Origin: Klebsormidium nitens
Lineage: Eukaryota > Plantae > Klebsormidiophyceae
NCBI GenBank assembly: GCA_000708835.1
Contig: DF237233.1
Span: 49,751-113,750 of the forward strand
Direction: 5' to 3'
DNA length: 64,000 bases
The notes under the pieces were generated by a model. It worked only from the letters and a program-made list of their open reading frames with translations. It was not told where the DNA came from and made no database searches. A program made the translations under genes and the position numbers. This document shows positions 37,585 to 49,600 of the stretch, piece by piece (the stretch's first letter is position 1; each line of letters opens with the position of its first letter).

Positions 37585-40500
37585 TCAGCTGCTGTTCAGG
37601 TGGTTCGGCGACCTGCCAAACATCTCGCGCCACATATACGCGCGCGACAACACTATTTCTAGCTCCTGGTGCGTCCACTTTTTGGTAGGCAAGTGCTGCA
37701 GAAAGAGCACCATGTCCTGGAACTCCAGCTTTTGGAGCTCGTCAGACCACGTCAGCAAAAAGCTCGCGCACACGTACACCAAAAAGTCGGCGAACCCGTC
37801 GCCTTCGGCGAGGTACGTGTCCCACAGCCGGCACACCAAGTGAAACGGCAACTGCAGAGAGAACGCCACGTGTCAGACGTTCTTTGTGAGGTCATGAGCA
37901 GGAAAGCACACTGAAGGTGCGTGATCCTGGATGGGCGTTGCCAACGCAGGAGTTGACAGTCGATTTCCAGGACTAGAGTGTCTAAGTCCTTTCGCTCGGC
38001 ACCTTTTCAATCTTATCTGGCTCGCATAACGAGGCACTCGGGTCCAGAATGCAAGTTGCACTTGTTTGATACCGTCATGAATGTCAAACCTTCCCCGTTG
38101 ATCGACACTCTTGACCGACACCAAACCCCCTGAACGACGAAGCCTCGTTAAACCTTTTACAGTCTTCGCCACACGCAGGCGGTCTTATTGTCATTTCGCT
38201 TATCTTTCGTATGAGCCAGCGGTCAACTAGCAAATGCAAAATGCCTTTCCAGTAACCTGTTGATTGTCGAAGTTCATTCCTCTTTTCGTTCTCCTTTCCT
38301 ATGAGCTGACAACAAAGGCCTATACTTAGAGTGACCGTTCTATCAAGGACCTCCGTAACTCTATTTCCTTCGTGTTCCGCTCACCTCTCGTATGAGCAGG
38401 CAGTTGAACCACCGGAATGCAAACTGCAGAAACTCGAGTCCCTGCTCCTCGATGCGCCGTGCCACCGGCTCGTCGATCCGCCGTACCAGCTCCTTAAGTT
38501 TGAACACCAACCGCTGAATGCCGGGCTGCGCAAACGTGTAGTGGTCCTGCAGAAAGGAGGAGCTGACGTCAGCACCACGTATATTTGATCGGCTCTTGCA
38601 ATCTGCCGCGAGCTCCTCTTGTACCGTACCAGCTCCCTCACTTCGACACCGGCCGCAGAATGCTGGGCTGTGCAATCGTTGTACTGGTCCAGTAAAGGAA
38701 GCTGCTGATGTCAGCAAAGCGTCTCATGACCTCATCACATGTTGCAACGAACTGCTCAGTTTACTTGCTCCTCGTTGAAGGATGCGGGCTGCGCAGACGT
38801 AAAGAGATATGGGTAGAGACTGTAAAGGCTGACGCCAGCGCAATCTGCCTACGTCAAGCCCTTAATCTTGTTGCGCATTTATCAACGGAGTCCTGGCACT
38901 CAAAGTGTCAATCAGAGTGGAAAAGGGTTCCCTTCATAGCGCCTGACGATGACCCTATAAGGGCGCATCCCTGGAGCTTCAACTCATGATAGCCAAAGAT
39001 CCCATAAAGTCAGAAGTGTACTCCGTCGAATCCGTATATGAATCTCAACTTAGCGTCTCGGTCCGAAGTAACTGCGATATTGCACTGTCTCCATCCCGAC
39101 AACAGAGAAGAACCACGTTTCAGTTGGTCCCTTGCATACAAAGCCGCTCGGAAATTTTGCCCAACAAATTCACTTCCAAAGAATCGAGCCTACCTGTATG
39201 CCGTCAAGCAGTTTACAGAGGCACCAGTAGCAGTCGGCCTCGACCGTGTACAGAGTTTCGGGCGACAGATTGCCTGCGTCCCAGTGCTCCATGTCGCCCT
39301 CCAGGATTTCGCTCAGGAACACGGCGAGGAATGGGGTTACCAGGTCGTTGATGCCCTGGACGTAACCGCTGGCGGGGTGCCGTATTGCCCTAACAAGAAA
39401 GTTTAGAATCGGGTTAGTGATTCAAATTAGTCCAATAAATAAGACATCACACGATGGGTCTACCAAGGAAGTTGATGCCCTGGACGTAGCTGCCGGCGGG
39501 GTGCCGGATTGCCCTAAAGAGAAGGTTTAGAACCGGGTTAACGATTCAGATTGATTCACTTAATGAGTACTCAGGAGATGGAGTTACCAAAGGAGTTTGT
39601 GCCCTGGACAAAGCTGCTGGCGGGGTGCCGAATTGCCCTGACGAGAAGGTTTAGGATCGGGTCAGTGAATCAATTCCATCCGATTGAGAGTACTTTGGAG
39701 ATGGGTCACGGAGGTTGTCGATGCCCTGGACGTAGCCGCTGGCGGGGTGCCGACTTGCCGTAACGGAAAAGATTAGTTTCGGGTTAGTGATTCAAATTGA
39801 TCCGGTCAATGAGTACTCAGGAGAAGGGGTTACCAGGAGTTGATGCCCTGGACATAGCCGCTGGCGGGATGTCGGAACGCCCTAACGAGAAGGTTCAGAG
39901 TCGGGTTAGTAATTCAGATTGATCCGGTTATGAGTGCTTAGGAGATGGGGTTACCGAGGGAGTGATGCCTAGGACGTAGCCGCTGGCGGGTTGTCGTATC
40001 GCCCTGGGTGGTAAAACTCGGATGTCAATTCATGAAGAAAATCCCTTACACTATCTTAAGAGTATGTTAAGTGGCAAATACCGAAGCAGCCCGTTAATGC
40101 TCGAAGTGTCTGAACAGCTGCTCTAGATGTCAAAGCGTAGCCGTTGACAGGTAACCGGTTCGCCCTGGTAGGAGATGAAAAGAGCCAAACGAATCCTGGT
40201 TGATTGGAAGAGTTGACGCATCAGCCATATGACACACATATCCACGATGTGGGTCTCAATGAAAAGGAAGCTTGTGTGGGCCACGTACCAAGGTATCCTA
40301 TAAGCAAATAGAATCGTGATTGCTAGAAGCGGTACAAACGAAAGTGCCAGACTCTGGAGGCATCAAAGGACTTCGTCTTAGTTTCTTGAGGCATTCCCGA
40401 ACCAGAAACCAGGAAAACGAGGACAAACTCCGAATTGGGACGTCAACGGTGGGTGCCAGACGGTCCTGGACGACTCGCACAGGTTTCCAGACACGCCCGT

Positions 40501-43500
40501 TGCGTCCCGATGTACGAGCTACAAATGCACCGAGGCTTGAAACCTGGCAGCAACTCAACGCTATAACAGATGCTATCCAAGAAGCTCTCGGTTTGCAGCA
40601 CTTGTACTTCCTGATGCCTTGGGTTAGGTCGCACGTCGACCGAAAACCTACTTGGCCTTCAGTCTTGCCTTTGCAGTACCGACAGGTAAGAGGTACGGTA
40701 CTTTTCAATTCATGATGCGTTCCCGGTATGTACCTTGGACTACCACGTGGATCTGATAAGGCATCCGACTGGCCAAGAAAGCTGGAAAGCTTTTTGCAGC
40801 TTTTCTGTCGACGCGCACCCTTAGAAATAAAGGAATGTGTGCAACACACGGAGAGAGGTGTGGGCGTCAAACAGAATGACACTAAATTCTGCAACGATAA
40901 AGCGCTTAGGCCAACGGCAGCAATCCAGCGCCGGCTCACCATATGTACAAGATGCGCGAAAGCGAACTCTGGATGGCGCTCTGCTGGAAGAACCGGACGT
41001 CAGGGACCGTCCGTGGCACGTCCACCGAGATCTGCGCCGAACAAAACCTTCTTCGGCTAGAGCTCGCTGGTGTATATTCGCTTGTTACATGTTTGGATTC
41101 AAAGTATGGGTCCAGATTGCCATTTTGGCCCTGAACAAAGCGGGCTCCGCCCTTCGCGCCAGCATAGTGAAAACCTTGGACGTTTGCAGTACGCAAATTG
41201 CGAGATAAGAGCCTTACGAAACGATCAGGAAAAGGGGCCTCTCTCGTCGTGTACTAACCCTTTGGACCTGACAAATCAGAATCCCCCGTCAATGCCAACC
41301 CGATCTCCTGCTTGCCTGCTTAGTATGATGCGCATGTTTCAGCAAACCTGAACGTGTCAATTCCAATAGAAGCATAAAACATTAGTCCCCAACCTGTCGC
41401 AGTGTGTTGATCTTGTGTTACCGACCGCTCTCCGTTCGGCTTGTCATTGTACCGCACTCTAAAATTCAAATTTTCCTCGTACTTACCAGATCAAAATCCT
41501 CGTCTGTGTCCTGGGCTATGCGAAGGTGCACGTCTCAGGAACGCGAGACATGCTTTGGTCATTAGATTCACAAAATGGAGTTCCCAACCTGTGGCAGCGT
41601 GTTGATCTCGTCCTCCGACGCTCCGCGCTTGGGATGTCGTAGCACTGAGAATTGACACCAGATTTCCCCGCAAATGCCAAACCAAAACCTCCTTGCCTAA
41701 TCAAAATGGGATGCTTATGCCCCAGATTGTAAACATGTTAAGACTAACAGAATCACCCAGAAATTCAGCTTCCGACCTGTCGCAGCGTGACCTCGTCCTC
41801 CGACCGCTCCGCGTTCGGGATGTCGTAGTACTGCACTCTGGCAATCAAAATTTCCCGTAGTTGCCACATCAAAATCATCCTCGCCTGTGTCCTTGATCAT
41901 AGGATGCTCACGTCTCAGCAAAGCGCGACGGGCTTGGTCTTCAAGAATCCCTCAAGTATAACCCAATTTAAAACAGAAATCAGACGATATGAGTCACCGA
42001 CCTGTCGCAGCGTGTTGACCTCGTCCTCCGTCCGCTCCGCGTTCGGGATGTCGTAGTACTGCAATCTGAATTCAAAATTTCCTGCAGTCACCATTTCAAA
42101 ATCCCTGCCAGCGTCCTGGGCTATGGTAAGGGGCACGACTCAGGAAATAAGACATGCTCGGCTTTTTTCAAATTACGAGACGTAAATCACCGACCTGTCG
42201 CAGCGTGTTGACCTCGTCCTCCGACCGCTCTGCGTTCGGGATGTCGTAGTACTGGGGCACGCAGTCCCGGTACTCCTGCCGCTTGCGCGCCAGCACCGCC
42301 GCTCGCCGGTCCGAGTTGGGGGGCGCGTAGCCCAGCAGTAACCGCCAGCACGCCGGCCGCATGTCGGGGGGGACGCCGCTCCAGGCCAACTCTCTCAGCG
42401 CCTCTGTTTGGTGGGAAGGGAAGAGGGAGGGGGAAGTGAGCTATGAAAAAAGGGGGGTGTGATATAGCGAGTGAAGACTCGGGCCCAACAGCAATTGCAA
42501 GCACGCCGGCCGCATGTCAGGGGGGCATGCTGCTCCAGGCCAACGCTCTCAGCGCCTCTATTTGGGGAGAGGGAGGGGGGGGGGAGTGAGCTACGATTTC
42601 TAAAGGGGGATCCGGTTGGCAGGGAAGGGGGAAGGGGGAGCGAGCTAGTTTTGTTTTAGGAGGATACGATTGAGAGAGTACAAATTCGGGCCCAACAGCA
42701 ATCGCCAGCGTGGTGGCTGCATGACAGAGGCACGCCGCTCCAGGCAAACTCCCCAGCGCCTCTGCTTTTGAAGCGGAGAGGGGAATCGAAAGTGAGCTAC
42801 ACCAAAAGATTACGGTTACACGCAACAAACGCCAGTGTGTTGGCCGCAGGGGGACGCCTTCCCAGGCCGGCTCTCTCAGCGCCTCTGTTTTGACAAAGGA
42901 GGGGGCGGATCGAAAGTGAGCTCTGAGAAAGGGATTGAAAGAACAGCAACAAACGCCAGTATGTGGCCGCTCCAAAGCGGAGGTTACCAGCGCCTCAGTC
43001 TTGAAAAGGGGATATTGAAGGGAGTGAACACTGGGGTGCGCATTCAAGCACCAGCCGCCAGTCTGCAGGCCTTATTCTTGGGGACATGTAGCTCCAGGCC
43101 AGCTCCCTCAACTCTGGGAAGAAGCAGGGTAAGCAAAGTCTTCGTCGACCAGCATCCGTGCAAATATCTGGCATGTCAATGAAGCCTAAGTGCTCTGGTC
43201 CTCTCCTGAATTGAGACCCATCCTTATGAACGCTCTTCCGAGGGAGTATTCGAGGGAAAGCGACGACACGGCTTACCTAGCTCAACTGTTGATGTGGCCA
43301 GCACCTTCTTGAACCGGTCCACCCGAGCACTGTCCGTTGCCCGTCCGCCATTGGTCCGGGGGGTTCCGTGTTGACTCCCCCCTGGCTTGCCATCCACCCC
43401 CCTGGTGCTGCCAGGCTCCTCTCGGGCACCCCCGTCTGCTGCATCCTCATTGTTACGATCAGATGTGCTGGCCTGGATCAAAATAACGAGATTTACGAAT

Positions 43501-44839
43501 CAGGAAAAGGTTGAGGATGCCAACTTTGTTGTGACAATCCGATGTTCTAGCCTGGACCGGAAAGGGGAGATCTGTAGTGAGGAGATGGATCTTCGGGGCT
43601 ACCACACAATCTCACTTGGATTCTGCAAAATCAGCCGGGCTCTAGATTAGGTGGTCTCGCCAGAAGGATGAATGACGGAGGGCCTCAGGGGGATTAGAAT
43701 AATCTAACGAGGTTTTATTGACAGAGATCTCAGAGTAGAATAATTTGACAAAATTGGCAGACACACCGGAGCTTTCGTAACTGATCCATCCGGGGAAGAA
43801 CTCGTATTTCCAACAGGACACAGATGCTCTCAGGCCAAGCACTTTCTTTCAAGACACTTGAAAACGCGAGCAGGAACAAGCACGACTATCGCAGTGGATC
43901 TGTACCACTCACTTGGGGAGAGCTCCTATCTTCTGAAGCCTCGCCGCCTTTCCGGACATCAACGTAGTCATCATCAATCACTTCGTCTGGTAAGGGGGGC
44001 TTGGCCGAGCTCGGTGCCGTCTCGTTCTTTCGGCTGAGCATGATTTTCCCGGGCAGAGTCCGGCCCCGAGACAATAAACTGCGGCAGAAGGGGGGTAATC
44101 TTGTTAGCGAGCTTGTTGAACTGATGACCACATGTTGACCAGATGTTATCTCGTTGATAGGCAGATGAATGGCAATTTTCCCAGGCGCGCCAATGGAGCA
44201 TGAACAGCTTATCCGTGGCATCTCTGCCGTGTATGGAGATCTGGTGGGGCAAAGAAAGAGAGCCGCTTAGCAACTATGGCATAATGGTGGTTAAAAGCCT
44301 GTCCCTCCAGACCGCTTGATTTGATACTCGAAAAGGGCCATAAGATCGGGACCCCAAACAGCAGAACCGTCCTCATAAGCTGGATTCACTTGTACAGCTT
44401 ACTTCATCCAGGAAGCTGCTTGGGCTTCAATCTGATTCGTGCTATGCAAATGCAGATTTGTTCTTTCCAACCCCAAGGTAGCATAACCCTAATTTCCAAG
44501 TGCTGACGAGTGCCAAACATGGAAGTGGAAAATCATGTGTCAATGCGTCTAGACCTGATGGTTGTTCAAGGGCTTCCATTTGAGCAATTGACACGTAGAC
44601 GGGCTACTATCGGAAATCTCTGCACAAGACTAGTTCGCATGCAATTTGCAGTCCAAACGTCAAACCGTTCCTCAAAGCTGGAACGTGCTGAAAACATAAG
44701 CTGCAAATAGTGCTACAAATGTGCTGAATGAGCTGCAGCCAGCTCACTTCTGCATACCCTTCAGGGTTTGATTCAGCCGCCCGTCTGCAGGAAGCGCGCC
44801 TGGGGGCTGTTTCCCAGGCAATTCCTCCTCATCCCTCAT
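37585..44839 (-). CDS. GYP1: TBC-domain Rab GTPase-activating protein, GYP1/TBC1D22-like
   Basis: Exons 44839-44748, 44078-43913, 43472-43277, 42403-42195 (LRELAWSGVPPDMRPACWRLLLGYAP), 41031-40940 (ISVDVPRT, Arg finger IxxDxxR), 39389-39194 (AIRHPASGYVQGINDL, Gln finger YxQ), 38546-38385 (DHYTFAQPGIQ..FAFRWFNCLLIRE), 37851-37585 (RLWDTYLAE..KWTHQELEIVLSRAYMW). Phases are consistent throughout. Confidence 0.93.
39390..40010 (-). repeat. Tandem array (122-124 bp period, five extra units) of intron end, acceptor and first ~60-70 nt of the TBC Gln-finger exon
   Basis: Exon-like starts at 39513, 39637, 39759, 39881 and 40003, against the real start at 39389. All encode variants of AIRHPASGYVQGIN. 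Four of five keep the AG. Confidence 0.95.
40400..40830 (+). mobile_element. Degenerate LINE RT fragment of the same family in TBC intron 5, antisense to TBC
   Basis: YLGLPRGSDKASDWPRKLESFLQLFCRRAPL from 40728. Nucleotide match to the reverse complement of 24225-24425, e.g. GTCGACCGAAAACCTACTTG, GTAAGAGGTACGGT, TACCACGTGGATCTGA, GTCGACGCGCACCCT. Left boundary uncertain. Confidence 0.6.
41385..42194 (-). repeat. Four intronic copies (188-225 bp period) of the 3' edge, donor and intron start of TBC exon 4
   Basis: Copies end at 42002, 41777, 41589 and 41394, each followed by GT. They match CAG TAC TAC GAC ATC CCG AAC..CTG CGA CAG|gt of the exon ending at 42195, and intron-derived sequence is repeated in the units too. 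Confidence 0.95.
42404..43115 (-). repeat. Five intronic copies of the acceptor and 5' edge of TBC exon 4
   Basis: Exon-like starts at 42557, 42761, 42884, 42995 and 43113 (AG GCG CTG.. or AG TTG AGG GAG CTG GCC TGG), against the real start at 42403. A GCTCAC branch-point-like word recurs upstream of the real exon and of the first three copies. Four of five keep the AG. Confidence 0.88.
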
Positions 44840-45240
44840 GTTGAGGAAGCCAATCGCGTGCAGATTAGTGTTCTGCCCTTCAAGCAGCGGTTCACCAACT
44901 ACAGATCGGGATGTCTTGACGCCTCTTCTCCGGCGCCACACTTTGACACTTCGCCCTAGCTAGCTAGCTGAGCTTTGCCTGGCGGCATTATGTAGTACTA
45001 GTAGGTACCTACAGGCTACACAAGCAACCGTCAGGGCCCGCGCGCGGCGCGGCCCGGGCGGCCTGAGTGCGCCCGCGCCCGCGCATGAACAAGCTAGCTT
45101 GAAAAATCCCATGTTTGACTTGCTTTCCCACCATTCTAGTTGTGGATTATCGGAGATGAATTCCCCCCCTGACTAAACGGTTTGTACCGCCGGTGATCTA
45201 CCGAGCACCCAATTATGTATCATTTGTATTATTTGGATTA

Positions 45241-45551
45241 CCGTAGTGGAACGTAATGATTCCGAATAAATAAATAATTATTTGCCGTCGGAAAGTTAGA
45301 AACTCATTTTTGGGTTCGGAAAGTGGATTTTTGCATTCTAAAAATAATTGCTCAAGGGCGTTCGGATTCAAAAAAAAGTACAACCGGTCGGTAGAAAACA
45401 AACAAATGTGGGGCAGAAAAGCGCTCGGGGGACGATTCCGGCCCAATTCGGATTTGGGGTCGTATTTAAGAAATTAATTGAGAAGCTGAGGTCGTATTCG
45501 ATAAAATAATTGTAATTTTTGACCATTTGGAATCATTACGTTCCACTACGG
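45241..45551. mobile_element. MITE (Tc1/mariner-pogo/Stowaway-type), 311 bp
   Basis: 27-bp terminal inverted repeats CCGTAGTGGAACGTAATGATTCC(G/A)AAT at 45241-45267 and 45525-45551, one mismatch. TA on both sides (45239-45240, 45552-45553). AT-rich non-coding interior within GC-rich flanks. Confidence 0.88.
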
Positions 45552-46676
45552 TATGTGTCACCATCCTCACTGCTCAGGCTCGTGAGAGTCGAGCAAACGT
45601 AGGACCTAGGTACCTACCTGTTCGAGCAAAACCTGGTACATACCATTTAACCCTTACACGGTAGGTAGGCAGGAAGTACCTATTACCGGTAGTTCATTGG
45701 TAGTTCCTCGGGTTCCAATCTTGTTCGAACCCGGGTCCCGGAGGGACGGTTACACTGAAATAACCGGCGCCCACAGATTCTCAAAGTTGTCGGACCGGTC
45801 ACCGGACCCGTCCCTCTTTTGGAGACATTTTGCCGGGTTACCGACTGATAAGTAGGTGGTCAGCTTCCATCACCGGTAGCCAGATTTGCTTGGCAATCCC
45901 TTAGCATGTGGCGGGTAGACTTTTCCGGTCAGCACAGCGGCAGCCGGTATACGGCCTCAGCTCCGCACACGAGCCTGCTGATTTTAGGCAAACTCACACT
46001 TCAAAACAACAGATTATAAATACAGATGAATCAAATCCGTACAGGCAGTATCCGTGAATTCCGGCGCCGTTAGATAGCCACCAAGCAGGCCCCACATAGT
46101 CCTTCTTAGTGTTAGTGCTCCTGGCCATTTGGTGAAACCATGCGGGGCCTTGAGGCCATTGACACCGCTCTCTCGAATACCAAGGTTTTGTGGACTCGAA
46201 AGGCGCGGCTCGTGCATGTCTTGAAGTTGTGTCGTGAGGGTGTCGAGGTGGATTTGCAAACTTGAAGACGCACGCGCTGGTGGATGGCGGAGTAGCACAG
46301 GAAGGACTTGTCTCTAGTGCAGGAAGGACTTCCTGTTTGTCTATGCAGGTGCAGGCTGTTTGCGGCACAAGGTGTGAGCCAAACCAAAGCGGAGCAGGAC
46401 GAGTGTCTTCACATTTGATAACGGGTCAGTTATGACGGCTGTTTGACTCCAAAGCAGTCTTATAGCAGGGCGCTCGAGTGCTGTTCACTCTGGTTGAACC
46501 TGCAGTCGTTCTTGAACGAGCCTGGCGTAGACCAGGCTGTACATGCACTTAGTATACGTACTGCCACCAGCATACAATAAGCCACCCGCTCATACTAACA
46601 CCGCCAAAGGATAGGCAGCCGGATAGGGGCAGCCGCCCGCCTTGCTCCGCCATGAGGGAAGCCATCTCAGTATCGC

Positions 46677-49600
46677 ATGTGGCCGCCCCGCATGGCTTCC
46701 CTCCAGGCTCATGAATCCTTCCCGCCAGGAGGGCATCCGCCAGACCTGAACGGCCACAAGGACGCTCAAAACGGGCGAAACGAGTCCCCTCGAGGACGGG
46801 TCCTCGGACCCTGCTTTGCCTCATACGAGCCCGGCCCGCATAGTCCAGGCTTTGCAGACATGGGGAGCTCGAGGCGCTTCTTGACGAATCAGGGCCAGCC
46901 TGGGAGGCCGCAGCACTCGGTCAAGCAGTCTCTCTGTGATGCAGTGGTGAAGCAGGTTCTGCAGCGGGTGCGCTCGTACGGGTACAGCGAGGCAGTGTGC
47001 GAGCAGCTGCAAGGGCACTTTGAGCGGCTTCCGTCCAGGTGGGACACACGGCACTCTTTGTAGGTTTGTTTTCGGGTGTGTTGCTTGCGTGAGCACCTTG
47101 TTGCAGGTTTTTCAGGATCACTTATGGCTCTGAAAAGTATTGGAGGTGTTGGGATGGGGCACGTCGCCAGATTGCTTTCTGCTCCGGTTTGAGCGAGTTT
47201 GGTTCTCAAGCAAGCAATGCACATGAGCTTAGATGCCAGTCATTGAAGGGTGCGCACGAGGGCGCCGAGCACCTCCTTGACTCATAAACAAATCCAACAG
47301 TGATTGAGGCTTCCCACGGTCTTACTCTAGTTTTTGTCTTGGGACCCGTAGCTCTGATGCTCGACCTGTCATTGGTCTGTGGCCTTCACAAGAGCATCGT
47401 TGGTCTAGAGAAGAGCTTGCGCTTATGATACCATTCAGTTGTGTTGCTTACATGTTGCCGCTGCCTCCTCATTCAAACGGTCGAAACCCTGTCAAACGGT
47501 CCAAACCCTGATTTCAGCTGGCGGCGCCAAAGTATTTTGTAGCAGTGTGGTGTTTGGATGCTGGACGCATTGCTAGTGGCACCTTTACCAAACTTGATTT
47601 ACTTCATGCTTGGTGTCAACATCGATGCTCCCAGATTAGCATCTGTGCAGTGGTAGAGTTTTTCCTTTCAAAGAATGTCTATTGTGTGGCGCAGCCCTAA
47701 TCTGGGATGGCCTCTGCCTTCTCCACTTTGGTCTGATCATTGCAGCTCGCCAAAGTGCCTCACTGTGCAATTATCCATGTACATTTGCAGACGGCGAATG
47801 GGGCATTGAGTATTTCGGAAGTAGAGTAGGTTACTTGCTGGTGCTTTAGTTGAAGAGCTGAGGTTGTATGTCTAGCAGCGATGATTGAGGTCTGGTGCAT
47901 TGAATGTTTTTTGTAGGAGATGCACAGAATATTCAGGGAACCTCAGCATGCAATATCCTGGGATTTTGTGTCACATCGTGACCCCTGTCGCATCAACTTC
48001 TGGAGCTGTCAAAGACAGAGTAGTCTTTTATAGAGGCTCCGCTGAAGCAAACTTTCGACGTTGCTTTTATGGCCAGGCTGCCTTAAAGAGAATTTGTATG
48101 ATTGTCTCGTCAACTCGTGTTCATCCCTCTGCTTCTTCAAGTATTGCTGACACCTTGACATGGTCAGGACATGTGCTTTTCCATGCTGAAGCCGTCCATG
48201 TCTCGGTTGCGATCCATTCAGTGTTCTCCTAGCCAGGAAGCTTGCTGAGGGTTGAGGTGATACTTTTTTGTGTTCAGAGAACTTCTCAATCCTAGCTCTC
48301 TTGTGTCCTCCTTTTCAATCCCTGTTGCTAATTCTGACAAGTCAGTCTATGCCGATATCAGTTTCCAACATGAGAGCCTATGCCATGTATCTGGGTGTAG
48401 GATCAGTTTTTTTGTAACTGAGGCTGTGGCGCCACTTGAAGTGGTTGCAGCATATTGTAACATAGAAGCTATGAGATGCTGTTGGCTCAGCCCTTTCTAA
48501 ATGCTGTTGGCTTCTGAATTCTCAGCAGAAAGCATGTGGTGCGTCATGTGTCTAAGGAGTGACCAGACATGTGAGGATTTTGAGTCGTCAGGATACAGCC
48601 TCTGTTTTGCAGCGTTCGTGGTGAAGGGCTATGCCCCGGCTTGTTGATGACACTAGAAGCCGTGGGGCTGAAACAACTGAGACATAATACGTGTGTGGGT
48701 CTCTTTGGTTGTGGAGGCTTAATGAGGTTCAGGGGAGCTGCACATCTATTCCGCAATCATAAGTAGCACCACCAGTCAACAACGGTTTTAGGGACACTTT
48801 CAGGAAGATGCAGCGAGGCATATTAGAAAGGCTACCTAGATTCGGAGGCATGGGGCACTGTGCACAGTTCAGCAGTCAGTCCGTCCATTTGAGCTGCCTT
48901 CTTCTTTTTCAGTGGACAGGTTTTTAGCTGGACATGCCAGTCTGCAGACACTTCATGCTCCTGTCTACTACGCTTTCGCAAGTTGGCCTGACAAGCTGAG
49001 GCAGAGGAAATGATTCACTCTCAGCTTCTGCTCTACACGTCATCAGCGCCTGTGGTTTGTGCGCAATCTCTCTGTTTTCTCACAACCTTCATGTGACTTC
49101 GTTCTGTTTCTGCAGAGTGTTTATGTATAAGTACTTGCACCCAACCCCATGGACGCAGATCATAAAGTTGAAACGTGTTCATAGACAGCAACAAGGTGCA
49201 TATTCAAAAACGGAAAGTGACACTTCATGCATTCTTCAGCAAATGTTCTTAATGGTCTTTTCCATTCCCTCCCCTCAGGTACTCTCTGAACATTGACCCC
49301 CTGCGGCACGAGGACGTCCTCCTCCACATGCAGCTGATTGATCAGGCGCTGCGCTCGGAGCTGGAAGCACGCAACAGCCTCTCCACATCGCCTCCCCCTC
49401 CTCAGGTGCGCTTACAACAGTCTGCTCGAGCCTTTCTTTTCTCAAGTTCTTCCTTTCTTGTGTTTCCAGCGCGGTCTGCTGTCAGCTTATCTCACATCTT
49501 ATTTGTTCATTTGCATGGAGCATGCCATTGCGTTTGCAGTCTGCCTTCTCTGTGCGCTGCCGCTTTCAGATCTTTTTGACGCACCACAGAGGTCCGCTGA

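Noticed and set aside
39390-40010. CRISPR-like appearance of regularly spaced repeats here and at 22757-22889
   Set aside because: The units are whole tandem copies with no unique spacers, there are no cas genes, and the context is eukaryotic introns.
47039-49278. Faint LINE-like strings in kinase intron 1 ([22 protein letters not shown], in plausible order)
   Set aside because: They fall in different frames and each is too short to separate from chance by eye. A profile search is needed.
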